Assembly (NCBI GenBank): GCA_964634605.1
Contig: CAZWLJ010000005.1
Location: 27,568-91,567 of the forward strand
Origin: an uncultured Paludibacter sp.
GTDB lineage: Bacteria; Bacteroidota; Bacteroidia; Bacteroidales; Paludibacteraceae
Length of the DNA: 64,000 bases
Direction: 5' to 3'
The position numbers and the translations under genes were made by a program. Shown one piece after another: positions 29,364 to 36,865 of the stretch. How positions within the stretch are numbered: position 1 is the first letter of the stretch; the number at the start of each line of letters is the position of its first letter. Under the pieces are notes generated by a model. It was given only the letters and a program-made list of their open reading frames with translations, had not been told where the DNA came from and did not search any database.

Positions 29364-30425
29364 TTATACATTCAGGTCTGTGAATTTCAGGTTGATGTCC
29401 GAGGGCCTGATTTTAAATTCATTATAAAACGACCTCGAAAACGATGCAATGGAGGTAAATCCGAGTGAAAAGGTTATTTCTTTTATACTCTTTTTGTCAG
29501 CCGTGTCAAGGAGCATGCTGTAAGCCTCATTCAGTTTTTTCTTGCGGTGATATGTACTCAGCGAGTATCCGTAAATATTGCGAAAAAGGCTTTTGATATG
29601 GTTAGCAGACATTTGGTACATGGCAGAATACAGATTTACATCAAGGTCATTTTTGATATTTTCATCCACATGTTTTTTGATTTTTGCTATAACATCTTTC
29701 TCGGAAAGCGAAATCTTTTCAGTGCTGATTATACCTGAAATATCGCGGTTAATAATCTTGCTGAAGTAACGCATCATCAGTTCGCTGATTTTGAGGAGTG
29801 TAAAGAATCGCTGGAGCCCGGCTTTCGTCGGGCAATGGATAATTTCCCTGATACATCGTTCCTCTTTCAGGTCGAGTGGGAGCATATACCCTGCCTTGTT
29901 TGGTTTGAATGAATGGATATGGATGTGATTTTTGATAGCTTCGGTAGTTTTCGGAATCAATGCTTTGATATAATCAGAGAAAATGACTTCCGACATACCA
30001 ATCTGTAAAAGCTCAATTTTTTGTCCCGCTACGAGTTTCAGTGATTTACGGTCAGACTTGGTGGCATCTATCAGCAATGTGTTGGCTGACAGTGTATCTG
30101 CAGAATTATGCTGACCGACCGAGCTCCGTATGCCTTCAGGTGCCTCAAGTATGTAATTGAAAAATAAAGTATTCTTCCTGTTATCAATCAGCGGGCTGTG
30201 CCAGACGAAATTTTTACCGGGAATAAAGCAGATGTAAAAAATCCGGATCCCTTTTTTGGGAGAGAAAGAACCAAAAGTCCCGCTCCCGATTGAGTCCGAT
30301 TCGAAATTGAAAAAATTGGGCGTTTTTGCAGGACGTATTTTATCGAAATCATTCGCCGATACTCTCAATACTTCCACGTGATCGCCTGACTCAAAATCTG
30401 AATTCATGTTCATCATATCATTCAT
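29364..30425 (-). CDS. AraC/XylS-family transcriptional regulator (paralogue 2)
   Basis: 353 aa with the C-terminal sequence IKEITFSLGFTSIASFSRSFYNEFKIRPSD. Its N-terminal domain aligns with that of paralogue 1 (PNFFNFESDSIGSGTFGSFSP versus PNYIHFSAPLLGQGTLGCYSP; FFNYILEAPEGI versus YFNYLLKVPKGV). Confidence 0.85.
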   Translation of the reverse strand: MNDMMNMNSDFESGDHVEVLRVSANDFDKIRPAKTPNFFNFESDSIGSGTFGSFSPKKGIRIFYICFIPGKNFVWHSPLIDNRKNTLFFNYILEAPEGIRSSVGQHNSADTLSANTLLIDATKSDRKSLKLVAGQKIELLQIGMSEVIFSDYIKALIPKTTEAIKNHIHIHSFKPNKAGYMLPLDLKEERCIREIIHCPTKAGLQRFFTLLKISELMMRYFSKIINRDISGIISTEKISLSEKDVIAKIKKHVDENIKNDLDVNLYSAMYQMSANHIKSLFRNIYGYSLSTYHRKKKLNEAYSMLLDTADKKSIKEITFSLGFTSIASFSRSFYNEFKIRPSDINLKFTDLNV

Positions 30426-30462
30426 AACAGTAAATGAACGGTGCTGTTTTGATTTGAAATTG

Positions 30463-30470
30463 CAAAAATA
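30463..30470 (-). promoter_or_regulatory. -7 box TATTTTTG (minus strand) for the AraC-pair operon
   Basis: CAAAAATA on the plus strand, 38 nt upstream of the paralogue-2 start. No comparable box lies between the two AraC genes. Confidence 0.35.
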
Positions 30471-30609
30471 GGAAAGAAAAAACGAATCGCTTGCTTATTT
30501 CAGGTTTTTTGCCGGTTTTTATTGTGTTAATGTTATAAACGGGTGATAATTCTGAAAAATCAGTACAATTTACTGTTAAAAAATCATATAAAATATATTC
30601 CCGCAAACG

Positions 30610-30641
30610 AAATGATAACAATTAAAATAAAAATGATAACA
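30610..30641 (+). promoter_or_regulatory. Direct repeat AAATGATAACA x2 with 21-bp phasing, candidate AraC-type binding site
   Basis: Identical 11-mers lie at 30610-30620 and 30631-30641. The second ends 19 nt before the -7 box. Confidence 0.4.
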
Positions 30642-30660
30642 GTTTTATCCGTTCACTCTA

Positions 30661-30668
30661 TATTTTTG
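30661..30668 (+). promoter_or_regulatory. -7 box TATTTTTG for the T9SS cargo operon
   Basis: Exact TAnnTTTG match, about 105 nt upstream of the ATG at 30774. Confidence 0.4.
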
Positions 30669-30773
30669 TCTGGAATAATTCTAAATAAATACCGACATTC
30701 TTTCTTTCAACAAGAGCATTTTTAGGCTCAGGCGTTATTACCAAATTATTAAAATCTTAAAATTCAGCACAAT

Positions 30774-33700
30774 ATGAAAAAATTTATCCTTTATCAGTTC
30801 AGAATAATAATACTGGTTTTTGTTTTTGTCTGTTATGGCACTTTGCCACTCTCTGCCCAGTTTGAATTATTTAAAGAAGCACCTGCTACCGCCAAACCCG
30901 GAGATCAGATTTCATTCAGAATCACTTACAGGAATGTGGGTACTACTATTCAGAAAAATGTTGTTATTGAAGATGTGCTTCCTGTATCCGGAGGTGATTA
31001 CGAATATCTCGGATCATCACCTCAGGGTGTATACAACCCTTTAACAGGAAAAATCACCTGGACAAAAAATGAAATTCCCGAGCTCGGGAATTTAAACTCT
31101 GGTGAGGGAGTGATTCACATTTACGGCAAAATCGGAAAAAAATTTACTGACGCCCTGCATTACTCCGGTGGTTATTATCTGTCGAATCCCCCTCAGGAAG
31201 TATTCAACAACACTGCCACCATCCAATCGGATAATGTAACGACTCCACTTGCTTCCAATACTACCACCACTACAGTAACTCAGACTTGCACAGCCAATCT
31301 GAGCCAGGCGGGAGGAGTGGTAAAATCATCGTCAAATTCCGAAATCTTTTACATCGTGGCAGTCACTAACACCGGAAATATCTGGAATAAATGGCAGATC
31401 TCAACCACGCAGCAGCCCGCTCCCTATCAGCAACTCAACGTTTCATTCTACAACCTGAATGGCATACCACTCAACAACAATAACACCGATTGGATACAGC
31501 CGGGGTCAACTACCATGTTTTTGATGAAACTGGTTTCGCCCAATGGTACCAATCCGAGCATAGGCACCCCGCAAAACCCGAATATTACCACTGTGACGGC
31601 TACACCCGTGGTTTGCGGCACACCGGTTTCGCGCGATTTCACCACGGAAATTTGCGGTGGAAACTGCCCCGATTACATGTATGTGAGTGCCTACAAACTC
31701 GATATTCCCGATCCGGTACAATCCGGCAGCCAGCTTGTTTATCAAATGGTTATCTACAATTCGCTCGGTTCTTCTGTTTCTGATATCAAACTTACAGAGA
31801 TATACCCCACTCTGACTTCTTTTATTTCCTATACATCTCCAACCAACAATGGGAATGCTGTACCGCATACATTTACCGGAAACAATCAATGGAACTTCAG
31901 CAGTTTACCTGCCGGAATGACCACATTTCTTGTAACTGTAAAACTCAATGACAACATACCCAACAACACATCCATACTTAACAGGCTGGAACTTACTACG
32001 CCCACATATCAGTCGGGTACTCAGCCGTTTAGTTTCTACGAAGAAAGTACACTGGTGCTTTCTGCACACGATCTGTGGGTAAATAAAACATCAGATAAAA
32101 CAAATGCAGAGCCGGGAGATACCATTACCTATACACTTAATTATGGAAACGAAGGAAATTATCAGGGCGATAATGTTACCGTAACCGATAATTTTGATGA
32201 AAATTACATGGAAGTTGTTGATGCCGGAGGTGCAACATTTAACGGTGGTAATCTGGTCTGGCTTACTCCGGGTGCAATGCCAATAGGTTATACCACCGTA
32301 AAAACATACAAACTCAAAATCAAAGATACCATTATATTTCCTGAAGGTGTCACCAATATACTGAATAATGTCAACATTGCCAATCATCAAAACCCGATTA
32401 TTTCTTTTGATCCGGATTACACCGACAACCAGGATAATTACAGGGTGTTTGTGGAAAATATCCCGGACCTCAGAGTTATAAAAAATGCCGATAAGATAAG
32501 AGCCAAACCCGGTCAGAACCTGACATATACCATTACTGTTTCAAACACAGGAGATGCTGACCATACGGGAAGCAACTATACCGTAACGGATTATCTGCCA
32601 GCCGGATTAAATTATGTATCAAGCAATCCGTCAGGAACCTATAATGTTTCCACACACTCGGTAAACTGGACCCTGTCAACACCGCTGAATATAAATGCCA
32701 CCGAAACTTTCCAGTTAACGGTCGATGGTATTACCCAGAATATGAATGGAGCCGTTTTGACCAATGAGGTTTCTGTTTATTCGGCAAATATTAACGATAA
32801 AGACCTCGGAAATAACGAATTTATACTTCAGACTCCGGTTGAGATGAATCTGTGGTATGGCGGATTGAGTTCCGACTGGGCAGATGGCAGCAACTGGACT
32901 TACGGTACTGTACCCTCCACCGGAGAAGATGTGGTTTTTGCATCCATACACAATTATTCGTCAGCTGCTGTCAGAGATTTGATACTTGACCAGGATCGTA
33001 CCATCGGTGATTTATTAAATGAATCTGACAAGGCGCTGATAATTCCGGTAGAAAGAACATTAATCATCAACGGGAAGGCTACTACAGGAACTGCCGATCA
33101 TTTAATTCTGAAGTCGCAGAAAAACAAAGCCAATGCGGCTCTGATATTTGCCCAGCCTCAAATCAATCAGACAGTTAATGCTACCGTAGAGTTTGCTTCC
33201 ATTTCACGTCCGTCAACAGGAGTCTGGCCCAGAATATGGCAGTTTTTCGGTGTGCCGGTGAAAAACAAGAGGCTTTACGAGCTGTTCGGCACTAATGTGC
33301 AGGGAAGTATCAGCGGCGGGGATCCTGCAGTCAATACCATTGTAAGGAAATACGAGGAATACCTGAACGATCCTCAAAGTTATCAGGAAAAATGGCAAAA
33401 TGTAACTCTGAATGATATTGTTGTGCCTTTCCAGGGATACGAAATTACACAGCCTCAGGCAATGTTTGACAATGCAGATACAAATCCCTATAAATTCAGG
33501 GGAATACTGAATACCGACGTGAATTTTGTTTTGCCATTGACCATTTCGTCAGCTCAGGTTTACTCACGGGGTAATTTCATGCTGGCAAATCCATACTCAG
33601 CACCAATATATATTGGCAATTTACAACCTGCTGATTTCGTAAACCTCGCTCCAACCATCTATATTTACAACACCGGAAGCAGGCAGGACTGGCTATCAAA

Positions 33701-34625
33701 CAACGGAGCAGCACAGGCTGGTGATTTACCCGGAACGTATTCAGCAATTCCGATTAATGCAGCTACTACGATCGGAAAAACTCAAATACCCTCCATGCAG
33801 GCATTTCTGGTCAAAGCAATAACGGATAATCCCTCTGTTGCAGACTTTATATTCCGTTATGCTACCCTGAACAGGGGAAGTATTACAACCCCGAATGAAC
33901 CGATGAGGGTTGACAGAATCTCTTCCGGACAATCTGTGGAAATGACAAACAAGGAAATAAAACCACTGCTTACCATGGATGTGATTGGTGAAAATGGATC
34001 GGACAGGGTGTATCTGATAACCACGGAAGCCACCGGAAAACATTACGATGCCGGATGGGACGGATATAAAACACTCAGTTCAGACAATGTGCAGCTCTAC
34101 GCTATCGACGCCGACAACAGACGTATGCAGGTAAATGCCGATAATAATCTGAACGATACTTACATTGGCTTCCGTTCAGGAGGTGAAAGCACGTACACCC
34201 TGAGATTTGAATTCAATAACGAAATGCAGGGAATGTACGAATCAATCTACATTCAGGATCTGGCTACCGGTGTCACACAGAAGATAACCGATGGCTCCTT
34301 CTTTTCCTTTGTTCCGGTGGCAGGCACTTCTGAAAAAAGGTTTAAACTTACCGGAAACCGGATATCTACCAGTGTGAAACCAGTACAGGACAATCAGGCA
34401 ATACAATTGAATGTGTCATCAGACCGGATTGATTTGAAGAATAACACAGGCGGGGAACTGATTGTTTCAGTTTATGATTTACCGGGACAAATTCAGATGG
34501 TGACGAAAGTTTCATCTGTCATGACAAGCATTAGCCACGATCTGGAATCGGGTTACTATATTTTCGAAGCATGTACACCGGACAAAGGAATAAAATCAAT
34601 TCTGAAAACTTTTATTAAAAAATAA
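30774..34625 (+). CDS. DUF11-repeat surface protein with a T9SS (Por) C-terminal sorting domain
   Basis: 1283 aa with a signal peptide (GTLPLSAQ). There are four DUF11/'conserved repeat'-like modules, for example AKPGDQISFRITYRNVG..VVIEDVLP, AEPGDTITYTLNYGNEG..VTVTDNFD and AKPGQNLTYTITVSNTG..YTVTDYLPAGL. A W-G-x2-S-x-DW-x5-NW motif is also present. The last ~80 aa (ELIVSVYDLPGQIQMV...GYYIFEA) look like a type A T9SS C-terminal domain. Confidence 0.85.
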   Translation: MKKFILYQFRIIILVFVFVCYGTLPLSAQFELFKEAPATAKPGDQISFRITYRNVGTTIQKNVVIEDVLPVSGGDYEYLGSSPQGVYNPLTGKITWTKNEIPELGNLNSGEGVIHIYGKIGKKFTDALHYSGGYYLSNPPQEVFNNTATIQSDNVTTPLASNTTTTTVTQTCTANLSQAGGVVKSSSNSEIFYIVAVTNTGNIWNKWQISTTQQPAPYQQLNVSFYNLNGIPLNNNNTDWIQPGSTTMFLMKLVSPNGTNPSIGTPQNPNITTVTATPVVCGTPVSRDFTTEICGGNCPDYMYVSAYKLDIPDPVQSGSQLVYQMVIYNSLGSSVSDIKLTEIYPTLTSFISYTSPTNNGNAVPHTFTGNNQWNFSSLPAGMTTFLVTVKLNDNIPNNTSILNRLELTTPTYQSGTQPFSFYEESTLVLSAHDLWVNKTSDKTNAEPGDTITYTLNYGNEGNYQGDNVTVTDNFDENYMEVVDAGGATFNGGNLVWLTPGAMPIGYTTVKTYKLKIKDTIIFPEGVTNILNNVNIANHQNPIISFDPDYTDNQDNYRVFVENIPDLRVIKNADKIRAKPGQNLTYTITVSNTGDADHTGSNYTVTDYLPAGLNYVSSNPSGTYNVSTHSVNWTLSTPLNINATETFQLTVDGITQNMNGAVLTNEVSVYSANINDKDLGNNEFILQTPVEMNLWYGGLSSDWADGSNWTYGTVPSTGEDVVFASIHNYSSAAVRDLILDQDRTIGDLLNESDKALIIPVERTLIINGKATTGTADHLILKSQKNKANAALIFAQPQINQTVNATVEFASISRPSTGVWPRIWQFFGVPVKNKRLYELFGTNVQGSISGGDPAVNTIVRKYEEYLNDPQSYQEKWQNVTLNDIVVPFQGYEITQPQAMFDNADTNPYKFRGILNTDVNFVLPLTISSAQVYSRGNFMLANPYSAPIYIGNLQPADFVNLAPTIYIYNTGSRQDWLSNNGAAQAGDLPGTYSAIPINAATTIGKTQIPSMQAFLVKAITDNPSVADFIFRYATLNRGSITTPNEPMRVDRISSGQSVEMTNKEIKPLLTMDVIGENGSDRVYLITTEATGKHYDAGWDGYKTLSSDNVQLYAIDADNRRMQVNADNNLNDTYIGFRSGGESTYTLRFEFNNEMQGMYESIYIQDLATGVTQKITDGSFFSFVPVAGTSEKRFKLTGNRISTSVKPVQDNQAIQLNVSSDRIDLKNNTGGELIVSVYDLPGQIQMVTKVSSVMTSISHDLESGYYIFEACTPDKGIKSILKTFIKK

Positions 34626-34636
34626 AATTTGAACTA

Positions 34637-35281
34637 ATGAAAAAGAAGATAGGAGCAGTAGCTTTTTTAACGATTACGGTGTTTGGTTTATCGTTTTTGC
34701 TCTTGGCGGGAGCTATCCGGTCCTTCACCGACGAAGCGGTAATTCAGAATTATAATGGAAATGTATTTGATAATCATCACGTTACCGGCAGTAGTATTGA
34801 GTTGCCTGTGTACAAACCACGTAAAAACATATCAGCGTCTTATGCCCGCGAAAATTTTCGTGAATATTCCGCTTTTTCAGTTTCTGAAACATTTTCGGAC
34901 AGGGAAAGTTACGAAAAGGAGGCTTTTCTGACTTCTGAAGCAATGTTATCAGACCGCGTCAATTCTGTCTCATACAGCAAACAGGGGCGTAATAGTAACG
35001 AAAATTCCCTGTCAGCAGGAATACCCGTTTTGAAAAAAATCAGGTCACCGGGCAGTGAGAAACTTTATACCTCAAACAGAATTTCGGACCGCGAAGTGAC
35101 ACGCCTTGTATTATCGCAACCATTTTCGGGTGCAGGACTTCACGGACCAATGAGGATGGATGGAGATAATTCAAATCCACCGGCAGAAGGAGTGCCTGCA
35201 GGTGAAGGTGTTGCGATTCTGATGCTTCTCTCGGTTGCGTATGGAGTCTTTCAGATATTCAGAGTTAAGGCTGTCAGCTGA
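34637..35281 (+). CDS. Small bitopic protein: N-terminal signal/anchor, Ser-rich middle, C-terminal TM plus basic tail
   Basis: 214 aa, starting 11 nt after the T9SS cargo stop. The N-terminus is KKKIGAVAFLTITVFGLSFLLLAGA. The C-terminus is NPPAEGVPAGEG-VAILMLLSVAYGVFQIF-RVKAVS. I recognise no family. Confidence 0.6.
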   Translation: MKKKIGAVAFLTITVFGLSFLLLAGAIRSFTDEAVIQNYNGNVFDNHHVTGSSIELPVYKPRKNISASYARENFREYSAFSVSETFSDRESYEKEAFLTSEAMLSDRVNSVSYSKQGRNSNENSLSAGIPVLKKIRSPGSEKLYTSNRISDREVTRLVLSQPFSGAGLHGPMRMDGDNSNPPAEGVPAGEGVAILMLLSVAYGVFQIFRVKAVS

Positions 35282-35324
35282 ATAATTTTGAAACCGCATC
35301 TCAATTTCGGCATCTGAAAACACA

Positions 35325-35362
35325 AAACCCTGTAATCTCCTTGATTACAGGGTTTCATTTTT
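35325..35362. terminator. Bidirectional rho-independent terminator
   Basis: AAACCCTGTAATC-TCCTT-GATTACAGGGTTT followed by CATTTTT and preceded by an A run. It closes both the cargo operon (+) and the tRNA operon (-). Confidence 0.75.
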
Positions 35363-35364
35363 CG

Positions 35365-35449
35365 TACCCGAAGGGGGACTTGAACCCCCACAGCCGATAA
35401 AGGCCAAAGGATTTTAAGTCCTTCGTGTCTACCATTCCACCATTCGGGC
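35365..35449 (-). tRNA. tRNA-Leu (anticodon TAA)
   Basis: Reverse complement: GCCCGAA TG GTGG..CAC, anticodon arm AAGGA-CTTAAAA-TCCTT, a long variable arm, T arm GGGGG-TTCAAGT-CCCCC, acceptor TTCGGGT plus A. Confidence 0.95.
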
Positions 35450-35470
35450 AGATTGCTTTTTCAAGCATCG

Positions 35471-35543
35471 AGCGAAAAACGGGACTCGAACCCGCGACCC
35501 TAACCTTGGCAAGGTTATGCTCTACCAACTGAGCTATTTTCGC
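35471..35543 (-). tRNA. tRNA-Gly (anticodon GCC)
   Basis: Reverse complement: GCGAAAA TA GCTC AGTTGGTA GAGC, anticodon arm TAACC-TTGCCAA-GGTTA, T arm GCGGG-TTCGAGT-CCCGT, acceptor TTTTCGC plus T. Confidence 0.95.
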
Positions 35544-35621
35544 AAATTTTCCAAAATATCTTCTCTTATACCCGGACAGAAAGATTCTTTCTTGCTGCCA
35601 TTAAATCGGCATCGGGGAAAA

Positions 35622-35637
35622 GCGGGTGCAAATATAC
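35622..35637 (-). promoter_or_regulatory. Stable-RNA promoter core GTATATTTGCACCCGC (contains -7 box TATATTTG)
   Basis: Minus-strand 16-mer, about 79 nt upstream of tRNA-Gly, with a TTTG 17 nt further upstream. The identical 16-mer recurs at 40174-40189. Confidence 0.55.
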
Positions 35638-35702
35638 TTACTTTTTTTTAATACCAAAAGATATTTTTGAAAAAAACTGTGATATGACTGATTAAGAAGT
35701 GA

Positions 35703-36677
35703 TTAAAAATCCCGGGCTGCTACAAATTCAATGCAGTCAAGCAGAGCTTTTTTAGCATCGTTATCAGCAAAATCCTTCAGTTCATTAACCGCCTTCTGCA
35801 TATATTCATCCATCACTTTTCCGGCATAATCCACGCCTCCCTGCTCATGCGCAAATCGCATGATTTCGTTGATGTGTTCGGTTGTGAAATTCTTATTTTC
35901 AATTAATTGTACGATATAATCCCGCCTTTCACCTGAAGTGTTTTGTATAGCGTAAATTAATGGAAGGGTCAGTTTTCCGTCACGAACGTCGTTTCCGGTG
36001 GGTTTTCCTATCTGGGTATCTTTGTAATAATCAAAGATATCATCTTTTATCTGGAAGCAAATTCCCAGATATTCACCGAACTTTCGGAGGTGCTCCTGCT
36101 CAGAGGGTGAAGCTTTTACAGAAAGTCCGCCCACTTCAGTGCAGGCAGCAAACAAGAGGGCTGTTTTTCTTTTTATTATTTCAAAATATTCGCCTTCGGT
36201 GATAGCGGTTTGTTTCGGGATGGAAAGTTGAAGTAATTCACCGTCGGTAAGGGTCATGCCCACCACCGAAATAGTGTGTACAATATCCAGATTCCGGGTA
36301 GTATAAGCGCTGTGTAATGATTTTGAGAGTAAATAGTCACCTGTGAGAATGGCGATTTTGTTACTCCATCTGGCATTGACCGATGCGCGCCGGCGTCTTT
36401 CGAGCGTGTCATCCACCACATCGTCGTGTACAAGACTGGCTGTATGAAGCAGTTCCAGTGAGAATGCTCCGTAAAGGGTTTCATCATTTACATCCCCGAG
36501 AAGTTTGGCCGTCAGAAGTGTCAGGATAGGTCGAAGTTTTTTTCCGCTTCCTTCTAAAATGTAATTGTGCACATCATTCAGCAATGAATTGTCCCCATCC
36601 AGCACTTTGGAATACACTTTTTCGAATTCCTGCATTTCAGCAAGAATAGGATGCTTAATTTTTTCTATATAATTCAT
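35703..36677 (-). CDS. Polyprenyl diphosphate synthase (long-chain, IspB-like)
   Basis: 324 aa with both Asp-rich motifs (LVHDDVVDD and FQIKDDIFD). The product chain length cannot be read from the sequence. Confidence 0.9.
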   Translation of the reverse strand: MNYIEKIKHPILAEMQEFEKVYSKVLDGDNSLLNDVHNYILEGSGKKLRPILTLLTAKLLGDVNDETLYGAFSLELLHTASLVHDDVVDDTLERRRRASVNARWSNKIAILTGDYLLSKSLHSAYTTRNLDIVHTISVVGMTLTDGELLQLSIPKQTAITEGEYFEIIKRKTALLFAACTEVGGLSVKASPSEQEHLRKFGEYLGICFQIKDDIFDYYKDTQIGKPTGNDVRDGKLTLPLIYAIQNTSGERRDYIVQLIENKNFTTEHINEIMRFAHEQGGVDYAGKVMDEYMQKAVNELKDFADNDAKKALLDCIEFVAARDF

Positions 36678-36705
36678 TTAAAAACAGACATTAGAACCAG
36701 ACTTA

Positions 36706-36713
36706 CAAAAATA
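36706..36713 (-). promoter_or_regulatory. -7 box TATTTTTG (minus strand) for the polyprenyl synthase gene
   Basis: CAAAAATA on the plus strand, 29 nt upstream of the start codon. Confidence 0.35.
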
Positions 36714-36865
36714 AGCAATTTTGTTCTTTCTTTCGCTTTTTACGGAATAAATAAGTATTTTTTGTTTAATTTTACAGCATACAATCCTGAACAGAAAACA
36801 AACAGACGTATTGCCTGTTTATTATTATCAGATATTGACAAGATATATTTAATGAAGATTAATTT

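Noticed and set aside
30418-30725. Two small ORFs (67 aa minus strand, 60 aa plus strand) in the divergent control region
   Set aside because: Their translations are low-complexity and A/T-driven. They overlap each other and the predicted promoters and repeats, and nothing supports them as genes.
25545-35364. Possible tRNA-targeted genomic island (the accessory block ends at tRNA-Leu/tRNA-Gly)
   Set aside because: The block has no integrase, transposase or mobilisation gene. I could not find a direct repeat of the tRNA-Leu 3' end near 25545-25610. Only the accessory character of the block remains.
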